NCBI RefSeq assembly: GCF_009914755.1
Contig: NC_060930.1
Origin: the human T2T-CHM13v2.0 reference genome, Homo sapiens
DNA length: 64,000 nucleotides
Direction: 5' to 3' (one strand)
Below, piece by piece: positions 39,090 through 49,379 of this stretch. Below the pieces are notes generated by a model that did not search any database, was not told the DNA's origin, and was given only the letters and a program-made list of their open reading frames with translations. Each line of letters begins with the position of its first letter. Within the stretch, counting starts at the first letter, position 1. Both the position numbers and the translations under genes were made by a program.

Positions 39090-40090
39090 GGGAGTCATTC
39101 TAATATTTATATGGAAGAATAAAGGCCCAGAAGCAGGTAAATCATTCTAAAAGAAGGGGTAGGGAGTAAGAGGAGGGCTTCCTCTACCAGAAATTAAAGT
39201 GAAATTCCAAGCCAAAGTAATCAGAACAGCATGGTATTGGAACAAGAACAGACAAGTGGACCAGTGAAAAGATCAGAGCACTTGGAGACTGACTCCACCC
39301 AGGGGAACATCATATACAATAAGGATGGCCTCATAACTCCATGGGGAGAGGATGGATTGTTGGCTAACTGATGTTGAGAAAAGTAATGACTCATCAGATA
39401 TGGAGAATGATCAATCTGCCTATCACCATGTACAAAGGTGGACTCAGGGTGAATTGAAGACTTAAATGTCAAAGTAAAAGGTAATATTAACAAAGGAACA
39501 TACAGAGAAACATGACAAGGTCAGGGAAAGACTTTTTAAAGAAAAGTATAAGCCAAAAATGGATTATCTAGATTATATCAGATTTCTGCCTCATGACAGA
39601 TACCATCAGCAGAGTTAATTAAGTGATGACAATGATACTGAGTAGAGCCATGCTACTCTAATCAAGGGTCGTTATGGGAGTTATACAATGCATATTGTAC
39701 AATGCATATTGAAGCCAAAGGCTTCAATAATGTTCACTGTGTGCTCAACACTGTTGTAGACACTTGACATGTGTTCAACTCACTTAATCCCTACCCACTT
39801 CATGAGGCATGTGCCATTTTTGTAGGTTTTTTTTAGAGGAGGAAAGGAAGGTACAGAGAGATTAGATAATTTGTCCAGAATCTGGAGCTGCAGGATAGGA
39901 GACTTGGAAAAGAAATTGCAATGTCTGAACCAACAAGTAATTAACTGACATCTCTAGAACAGGAAAAGAAGTTCTGTAAATCAACAAGTAAAAGATAGCA
40001 AGTCTTGCAGAGGAATCAGCAAAGGATACAGATAGTTTTCATGAGAAGAAACTTCTCCAAAAGGCGACTAAGCACATGAAGAAATGTGTG
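39090..40090 (+). mobile_element. Old L1ME ORF2 fragment with a nested antisense MIR (~39715-39900)
   Basis: 'atttatatggaagaataaaggcccagaa', 'atggtattggaacaagaacagacaa'. Confidence 0.65.
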
Positions 40091-40779
40091 TGTCTGGCGA
40101 GCTTTCCCCTTCTAATACTAGGTCAGTTTCTGTGTGGTAACTTGAGAATACAATGAAACATCGTTTAAAGTAACCTGTGGCATGTTACTGGTACCTTGCA
40201 GGCTAAATACATCCTAAGTGTGCTAATACTGCAGATACCTTGATCCCCTTAGGACAGTTGACCCAAGCCTTCCCAGGAGCTGTTTACCTGTGGGTGTCAC
40301 CTGGCTGCAAAACAGGGATGAACAATGCACAGATTTCAGGGGTCACCCAGGGATGCTGCGACCTCAGAACACGTCACATGGAAGATGCCTCTCAGTTTCC
40401 ATCTGAAAAGCCTGGTATTAATCCAATAATTCAATCACCAAATTTAGTAGTTGCATTCCCCAGATTTTCTTTTGGGCAATCCACAGTTTGTAGAATGCTT
40501 TTCTGTGTTCCCAGGTTCAGAATTTCAGGGATTGCTTCTGTCTTCAAGGAGCACTTCAGCTTCCTGGTTAGGAAGAGAAGGTAGCAGACGTGTAGAAAAC
40601 CCTCTGCGAGACTCTGCTCTGGCAGTTTTATGGGTAGGCGCAGGCCTGCCTGAAACCAAACGCTTTCCTTTTTCCTTCACCCTTTCCCGTTGTTGTCTTT
40701 TTGGTTCCTTTGGTATGGTAGTGTCTCCATGTGAGTTTCCAGGGAAGCAGAGGCTGAAGCGAGGGCGTGGGAGCTGTTT

Positions 40780-41560
40780 CATGCATTAGACTCTCTGGGG
40801 AGCAGCCACAGGGAGGGGACTGAGGGACACCGCGGGATGTCCAGAGAGGCCGGTCCCCAGCGGGTGGGGGCGGGCCAGACGGTGCGGAGGGGGAGAGGAG
40901 GAAGACTGTGTCCAGGGCATGAGCCTTCTGGCATTGTGGGTTCCCCCACGCTCCAGCGCCGGAGGGGACCCAGGCGGCACCAGCGCGTTAGGCTGCCCCC
41001 GGGAGCAGTGCTGCAGGAGCCCCGAGCTCGAGGTGGTGCCGGCAGCCGCGCGCTCAGAGCTCCAACAGGGCTGGGCCGCGGCCAAGGAGCCAGGAGGGTG
41101 CACGAGAACGTCCCATCCAGGGACCCACGGATACTTCGTTCCTGCCAGGGTCTCCTTTGGGCCGACAGAGTTGTCTCTAATTGAGTGCAGGCAGCCCCGG
41201 AGCCCGCCGAGAGCTGAGGCTGGGCTGGGCTCCCGGGGACTCGGGCAGCTATTTCAGGCAGACGCGGGGCATCGCGCCCCAATGCGCACACTGTTGCCGA
41301 GGGGCAGAAAGAGAGGGTCTCAGCCTAAGCCAGGTGGAAGGTCCGAGAAGAGGCTGGAAGGGGGCGATGGTCCAGCAGGAGCTGGGATGAACAAGGGCTG
41401 GAAGAGCAGGTGGGAGTTCCAGGTGAGGGAAGTGACCTGGAAGCGGAGCAGAGGTCGCAGCTGGCCCCTGCTGGGCCTAGTCTCGCTTCTGTCGTGACCC
41501 CTTGTCTAGGAAGATCCCATCGCGAAGGCCTCATGAGTCCCACGTGACCGGCACGCCTGT
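40780..41560. promoter_or_regulatory. Intronic CpG island in SLC22A3 intron 1
   Basis: Non-repetitive GC- and CpG-rich block with a GC box (GGGGCGGG ~40867), CCAAT (~41279), TGCGCA, GGAAGT and CACGTGAC (~41541). Confidence 0.8.
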
Positions 41561-42082
41561 GAGGCAGGAAGCTCAGAGTCCAGGCCCCGTGCCCCTCTTT
41601 GGGGGCTAGAGCTTCTCCCAGGTGCAGGCAGCCTGTTCACAAGAGCGGGGCCCTCCTGGGTGAAGCCTCAGGCTCCGGTTGTCACCCCTGGCAGGCGTGT
41701 GCCCAGCTTAGATCCACCTGCAGCTGGCTCTGAACGCTGGATGGGGCTGGGTTGGGGTTTTCCTGTGGCCTGGGGTGAGTCCCAGCAAGCCACCACCATC
41801 CTTGCCCACTCCCCACAGGACAGAGCATAGACCCTGTTCCTAATCCTCCCAGGCCACACTCCGCAGAATGCTGCTTCTCTGTTTCCAAGCGCCTGCATGT
41901 CTTGCATCCCCTGCCACCATCTTTTGTCCGCCTGAAGGGGCAGCCCCATAAACCTTACTTAGACATGTCCCTGCCCCCAGCACAGGGGCTGCCTTCAAGC
42001 CCGCCTTTGTCTGTGGGGTTTTTCCTTGATGACTGTTCAGCATGCCGGCCCCACTTTCTTCTGCTTGCATCTGGGGTTCTCC

Positions 42083-42194
42083 CAGGCTGACCAGCTGTCC
42101 CCACTTGCTGGGAGTGAAGGGGTTTCCTGGGATACGAACTTTCAGTATTAAAACCAGGAGAGTCCCAGACAAACTGGGACAATTGGTCACCCTA
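42083..42194 (-). mobile_element. MER81-like hAT-Blackjack MITE
   Basis: 112 bp with TIRs caggctgaccagctgtccc ... gggacaattggtcacccta. Confidence 0.8.
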
Positions 42195-43574
42195 ACTGAC
42201 CCACAAGTAGAAAAATGATTCATTAAATGTATAATAATGAAAAGCTGTGAATTATTTGCATGTATAATAGAGGGAGAACATGGTTAAATAAATGTGGTGT
42301 AGCCATTTGAAATAGCTACTACAGGGATGAGGAAACAATACCTATAAAATAACACAGAAATGTTGATGACATATTAAGGAAGAAGAAGTCTGGGTTATAC
42401 ATTTGTGCAAACTGTATGATTTCAACCATATTTGTACACTCCATGTGGTAGATGGGTTGTTGGAAGGTAAAGACTGGCTGCATAGGGGCCCTAAAGGTGA
42501 GAGCTTTTCATTACTGCTGCTTACGCTTTCTTCTTAACTAATTCAGATATTATTTTGCCAAATGCAGAGCCAGGAGGTGTGAAGCAGCCTTCATGGTGGC
42601 ACCACATGTGACACAGATGAGTAGATGGGTGCAGCGTTGACAATAACTGCAGTCATATTGTTCATCTTGACGGGATTTCTGAGTAACAAGTCAAAGATGC
42701 AGAAATTAAAGTATACAAATTGGATTGGGTTTTCAGTAAAGGAAAAGGCACCAAATCGTTTCTCAGTAAGGCACAGTAAAGGGAGGCTATCAAAACCTAT
42801 TGTTAGTAAAAGTACCTATTGATGATCTCTTAAGCAAAATTGTTACCTAGTTGTCCACGTGAAGGAAAGGACTCTCTGAAAAGAGGGGGCTGTTTAGAGA
42901 AGAATCAAGCCTCTGGCACCAGAGGGGACTCCCCAGTTAGGAAACTGTTGTAACAAAAGGACTCCATCGCTCAGAGCAGGATCAGATGATAAATCAGGCT
43001 GAAATGGTATAAGAAACCTACAATTACCTTCCTCCATATGAATAATTGAAAAGGCAATGGCTTCATTTAGGTTGTAATCTGACTTACAGCTTTTAATAGC
43101 TATGCTCTGTTAAAGTGTACACATTATCTTTTACCTTATCGAGTTTATATTGCTTTATATCAATATAATGATTTTTTTACTATGTAAAAAAATACACTTA
43201 CATAGTAAGTATATTTACATAGTAAAATCAATAATTTTTTTTACTGTGTAGCAAAATACACTTACTTGATTCATGAACCATTAAGTTTTTAAAATCTGTG
43301 TGAGATAATGTATTCTCTGGGTTTATTTTGACTACTGAAAATTTCTAGTCACAAGACATTATAGCTAGATACATTCCAGGTGTTTTTAAATGTTAAACTG
43401 TCTTCAGCATCAGAAATGGCCTCATGAGGTAAGTCATTATTTTCCCCTATTTTCAAGGATGGAATTGAGGCTGGGAGCAGTTTTGTGACTCACCCAAGTT
43501 AAGATATCATGAAAAATTGTTTCCTTGCAAGGTCTGCCACACCCTAAACCAATGTCCTGTCCCAATCCACCTGA

Positions 43575-43767
43575 CTTGAGGGCTGTTAGATTTTAGATGT
43601 CAGAATCACATGGAGGGCTTGTGGAACCAGACTGCTGGGCCTCACTGGAGTTTCTGATCCAATGGGTCTGGGGTAGGGCCTGAAAATTTGCATTTCTAAC
43701 ACTTGCAGTTCCCAGATGTTGCCGTTGTCACAGGTCTTGGGACCACACTTTGAGGATCACTGGTCTA
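43575..43767. mobile_element. MER5A hAT-Charlie element
   Basis: 'tcagaatcacatggagggcttgt...ggtctggggtagggcctgaaaatttgcatttctaaca...gaccacactttgag'. Confidence 0.85.
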
Positions 43768-43910
43768 GAAGGAGGCTTGTATTAGCTAGTGATTTTTTTC
43801 ATTGTGATGATGATGGCTAACCTTACACTTGAACAAAAAATGTGGCTTTCTTTAAAGAAAATCATCAGAAGTTCAGTTCTTTAAAATTCAGCTACTACTC
43901 ACTGACATGG

Positions 43911-45632
43911 TGTATTACCCTGTTCTCATGCTGCTAATAAAGACATACCTGAGACTGGGTAATTTATAAAGGAAAGAGGTTTAATTGACTCACAGTACAG
44001 AATGTTTGGGGAGGCCTCAGGAAGCTTACGATCACGGTGGAAGGGGAGGTAAACACTTCCTTCTTCACATGGAGGCAGCAAGGAGAAGTGCTGAACAAAA
44101 GGGGGAAAAGTCTCTTAGACAACCACGAGATTCCATGAGAGCTCCCTCACTATCATGAGAACAGCAGCATGGGGTAACCACCCCTGTGACACAATTACCT
44201 CCCACCAGGTTCCCCCATGACACATGGGGATTATGAGAACTACAATTCAAGATAGGATTTGGGTGGGAACACAGCCAAACCATATCATTCCACTCCTGTC
44301 CCCTCCCAAATCTCATGTCCTCCCATCTCAAAACACAATCATGCCTTCCCAACAGTCCCCCAAATTCTTAACTTATTCCAGCATTAACTAAAAAGTCCAA
44401 GTCCAAAGTCTCATCTCAGACAAGGCAAGTCCCTTCAACCTATGGGCCTGTAAAACCAAAAGTAATTTAGTTACTTCCTAGATACAATGGGGATACAGGC
44501 ATTGGGTAAATACAGCCATTCCAAATGGGAAAAATTGGCCAAAATAAAGGTGCTACAAGCCACATCCAGGTTACACTGATGCAAGAGATGGGCTCCCACA
44601 GCCTTGGACAGCTCTGCCCTTGTGGCTGTGCAGGATACAGCCCCGTCCCAGCTGCCTTCATGGCTGGCATTGAGTGTGTGGCTTTTCTAGGCACACGGTG
44701 CAAGCTGTCAGTGAATCTACCATTCTGGGTTCTGGAGGACAGTGGCCCTCTTATCACAGCTCCACCAGGAAGTACCCTAGTAGGGACTCTGTCTGAGGGC
44801 TCTGACCCCACATTTCCCTTCCACACTGCCCTAGCAGAGGTTCTTCATGAGGGCTGTGCCCCACAATACACATCTGCCTGGACATCCATGTGTTTCCATA
44901 CATCCTTTGAAATCTAGATGGAGGTTCTCGAACCTCAATTCTTGTCCTCTGCCAACCCCCGGGACCAACACCACATGAAAGCTGCCAATGCTTAGGGCTG
45001 AGACCTCCTCAGCCTGGATTCCATTGTCCACTATCAGCATTTTGGTCAAAGTAATTCAACAAGTCTCTAGGAACTTCCAAACTTTCCCACATCTTCCTGT
45101 CTTTTGAGCCCTCCAAGTCTCTAGGAAGTTCCAAACTTTTCCACATTTTCCTGTCTTCTTCTGAGCCCTCCAAGCTGTTTCAATCTCTGCTTGTTACCTA
45201 GTTCCAAAGTTGCTTCCACATTTTTGGGTATCCTTGTAGCAGCACCCCATTCTCTGGAGTACCAATTTACTATATTAGTCCATTCTTATGCTGCTAATAA
45301 AGATATAACCAATACTGGGTAATATATAAAGGAAACAGGTTTAATTGACTCATGGTTCTGCAGGGCTAGGGAGGCCTCAGGAAACTTACAATCATGGTAG
45401 AAGGGGAAGTAAACATGTCCTTCATCACATGGTGGCAGCAAGAAGTGCTGAGCAGAAGGGGGAAAAGCTCCTTAGAAAACCATCAGATCTCGTGATAACT
45501 CATTCACTATTATGAGAAGAGCAGCATGGAGGTAACTGCCCCCATGATTCAATTACCTTCCGCCAAGTTCATGGGGATTATGGGAACTAGAATTCAAGAT
45601 GAGATTTGGGTGGACACAGCAAAACCATATCA
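43911..45632 (-). mobile_element. THE1C-like MaLR provirus: 3' LTR 43911-44287, shortened internal region 44288-45270, 5' LTR 45271-45632
   Basis: Two homologous LTRs ending ...CCATATCA on + (TGATATGG on -), with THE1-int sequence between; TSD catgg/cgtgg. Confidence 0.92.
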
Positions 45633-45989
45633 CGTGGTTTCTTTTACTGAAGCATTTTCCCCTCCACTGCAACTTGCATACCTGTATTGCAACTTTCAAG
45701 TGCTATAAAAATAGCACATACCCCCATCAGGCATTGATAGCACCTCCATGTGCAGATTTTGAAGGTAACTGAAACTTCCTCTGCCCTGACAGGCCATGCT
45801 GCTGCTCAGTGTCTTCCGCTGCTGTCTCCAAGTGGTGTTCTTGTCATCCTGGAAGCCCTGCCTTGGGCCATGCCTGAAATGCACTAATATGCTCATTTGT
45901 GAGGTAGTACAGAGTGGTCAGGGCATCCAGGCACATCATGGATGATGGGGCACTGTTACGGGTGCTGGGACACTGCCATGAACAAGAGG

Positions 45990-46920
45990 ACCAGGTCCCT
46001 CCCCTGTACCTCTGTAGTCGGTGCCAGCCTCATGCCATTCAGCTACCTTCACCCATAATGTCCCTGCACCCTCTCTGTTGAGTCTACCTCCTCTTCCTCC
46101 TCCATCCAGCCTAGGTCTCTGGCCCAGTTCTTCAGCCCATATCTTCCAGTGGCCCCACTGCCCTTCCCACTGGCCTGCCTGGGCTGAGAGCACTGCTGGA
46201 GACACCACTCCCAGTACATGCTGCTCTGTCCTCTCTAGTTCCCGGTGTCCTGATATTGCCTGATAGTCATGTTGAGTGTCCTGACGTCCACTCTGGCTCT
46301 CCAGACTCTGTTCTCTGCCAACTTCCAACCTGCCCCTCCCCACTCATACCCTCTCCCCCTACTCTTAGCAAACCACTCACTCTCCACTTCCCTGAGAAAA
46401 TAGAAAACTTGGAATAATACGCTTCTTCGATGTCCTGCACCAGGACAATCAACTTCTCTATCTCTGCTCCCATAGCTTCCTTCTAACCCCACAGCAGAAG
46501 AGTTATAATACTGCCCCCTGTTGAAAGCTTATTTTCCACCTGTGCTCTGGTCCCCACCCCTCCTGGCTTCTCAGGTGATTTCCACCTGCCTACCACACCC
46601 TTGATGCCTGTCTTCAGTCTCTCCTTCACTGGTGTTCTTTGCTTGTCCACCCTTAAACCTGCTTAAGTTCACCTGTCCACGCTTAAACCTGCTTAAGTTC
46701 ACCTGCTATTTAAAGCAGTGTCCCTTATCCCTGTGTTCCTCTGCAGCTGAGCACCTGTAATTCCCTGTCATAGGCACATTCATCATCTCTACATTCTCAC
46801 CTTCCACTCACTCCTCAACCTAGTGTGGTCTCCATCATCCCCGCCACACCACAGAATCTGTGCTTCCCAGGGTCTCTGATGACCTTGAGGTTGCTGTTCA
46901 CTCACCTCCTCACCCCTGGT
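45990..46920 (+). mobile_element. L2 fragment
   Basis: Pyrimidine-rich L2-type sequence ('ctccacttccctgagaaaatagaa', 'cttccactcactcctcaacc'). Confidence 0.55.
46644..46705. repeat. 30-bp direct tandem duplication
   Basis: TGTCCAC(C/G)CTTAAACCTGCTTAAGTTCACC x2. Confidence 0.92.
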
Positions 46921-47949
46921 CTTATGTATCACACCAAAGTGTCAGCTGTGCAAAAGCCAGGAATAGGATTCCTACTCTGTAGGGACCCCTGTGGCTGGCG
47001 CAGGTAGCTGCCATAGTCACCGGTTCATATTTCACCGTTCTGCTCATTTCGTGCTCCCTGGTACATCTCTTATTTCACTGCTTGCATATTCTGTCCAAGC
47101 TCTGATAAAGCCAAACACATTTAACAGATGGACACAACTGGCCATGCTTCAGGCTTCTGATTCACCCATACTTCCAGGAGCCATGAATCTGAAATCTGGA
47201 GCTGGTCTGTAGAAAGCATTCTATTTAGTGAAATGTTGAAGGAATTTTAGGTCAACTATCATGTATTTCATTGTCTCCAATGCCATAATTTCCAAGTGCC
47301 TACTTGAACAGTAGATACTTTCAGGGGATTTTCATATCAATGATTGCATTTTGCCATTGTTCTTTATTTTTTCAGTAATGCTCCATCTGTAAACAACCCA
47401 AATTTCAAAGCCTGACATAGTGTATTGACAAATTATTCCTGGATGCCTGTTTTTATCAGGCCAAAATCCATAGTTATTCTAAAATGGATATCATACAAAT
47501 AATGCTGCTGTAGCATGCTAACATTTTCCAGACTATTATGAAAATGTTTAGCTCATTTACAAGTCATGGGAAACAATATCGGAATTTGCTACTGTGTAGA
47601 ACCATTACTATAGCACTTCCAGTGATGCCTGCTTGTGATCTTTATTGCCCACTTTATAGTTCTGTATTTTCATCTCCATTTTTTAATCCTTAAATATACA
47701 AAGTAAAATGTAAATATCTTTTTTGTGGGTCTTTTAGAATTATTTTTTAGCATTAGCACTTGTAAATTTACTGGAAGTTTCAACAATTTGTATTTCATGT
47801 TAGATAAAAGTAAGGAAGCTTTCAAAGAAAAGTCTAACAAATATAACACATGTACCCACCTCCCCAAATGAAAAAATGTTAGCATTTTGTTGTATTTTAT
47901 TTAGATTTTTTTGCAGAGAAATAAGCCATTATACATCAAGTTGAAATTC

Positions 47950-48520
47950 TACTTACTATTGTTGTGCGACAAATTATCTCAAAACGTAGTGATTTAAAAC
48001 AACCATTTTTTTTTACTCACAGATTATGAGAGTCATGAATGCCGAACAGGCACAAGAAGGAGTGTTTCTTTCTGCTCCACAAAGTGCAGCTTCAGATAGG
48101 AAGGCTTAGAGGTTGGGATGACCCAATGGCCAGGGCAGGAGCCGTCAGGGTGTCTTAATTTACTGATTTGGCAGAGAGTAGTGCTGTCAGTTGGGCCCTC
48201 AGTTAGCTGCAACAACTGCACATGATACCTCTGTGTAGCTTGGGCTTCCTCCTAGCATGGTGGCTGCAGACGTCTTACAAAGTGGTTCAGAGCCCCACAG
48301 GTGTGTTCTATAATAGCTCACAAGGCAGAAGCTGCATTGCCTTTCAGGACCTAGCCTCAGAAGTCACACTGCCTCATTTCTGCTGTATTCTGTCAGTTCC
48401 AGGAGAGTCACAAGCCCTTCCTGGATTCAAGGGAAAGGGAATTAGATGCCATTTCCTGATGAAGGTGGGGCAAAGTTTTGAAAGAGCATGTGTGGGGGAC
48501 TCATGCCATCTTTGGATAGT
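47950..48520 (-). mobile_element. MLT1F/G/H-like MaLR LTR
   Basis: 'acaaattatctcaaaacgtagtgatttaaaacaacc...tactcacagatt' and 'gacctagcctcagaagtcacac...ttctgctgtattct'. Confidence 0.75.
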
Positions 48521-49379
48521 CCCAGTCTCCCTCGTCAAGGACATCAACTCTTGTAGTTTGTCTCCAGTCCAAACATGTGTGGGCACTTTCCCTGCATATG
48601 TGGGTATCCACGTGAATGTCTCTTCATTGCTTCTCCATCTTTCTAAAAAGTAATCACAGAGAGTCATGAAATCCAGTGTTAGAACCAGGCATTGTTAATG
48701 CTCTTATGTTATTATTATTCAAGCTGGGCTAGGGGAATGTGGCATTAATAAAACAATATGTACATTGGATTTAGTTATACTATACTCTCTATTCTAATAC
48801 TTTGTAATCATTAGTAATAAATAGTAGCATATTACTTCATGTAGGATTTTGCAAAGCTTAAACTATTTTCACATTTGTTCCTTCAGTCCAGGCTTCCTAA
48901 AAATAAAATATAATAAGAGTCTTGAGACTTAAGTTCATATTTTGCATGAATCAGATAAAATAATAGATAGTAAAATGCTTTGTAAACTGTGCAGAGCTAT
49001 TAAGTTGCCCCTTATCATTAAGTTTTTAAGTCTGATTTTCTGATATTGTAATCCTGTCCTAGGCTTCCTCTCATTTCTTTGCTGTAATCTTTGCTTCTAC
49101 CTCATTTCTTGTGTCCAAATACAATCAGTTATTCAAGGCCTGGCTCAAATGCTGCCTAGAAGCCTTTCCTGACACAGACCTCCCAGCTTACCTCCTCTCC
49201 CTCCTCTGTGCTTTTATCGCATTCTGTGTTTCTCTGGTAGATTATCTTTTGTATTCTATTTCACGTATCACATCACTGGGGCTCACCTGGAAGCTTCTAG
49301 CAAACCAAACCCCAGTCTCTGTAGCCCTTAGTGCACAACAACATGCCTCCCACCCAGGAGCAGGCTGTGAAAGTCTTTT

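Noticed and set aside
39684-39711. 14-bp perfect duplication TACAATGCATATTG x2
   Set aside because: Small slippage duplication inside an old L1.
45060-45170. ~55-bp tandem duplication in the THE1 internal region
   Set aside because: I recall this duplication in other THE1C/D internal sequences, so it is probably inherited from the element rather than locus-specific (check against the consensus).
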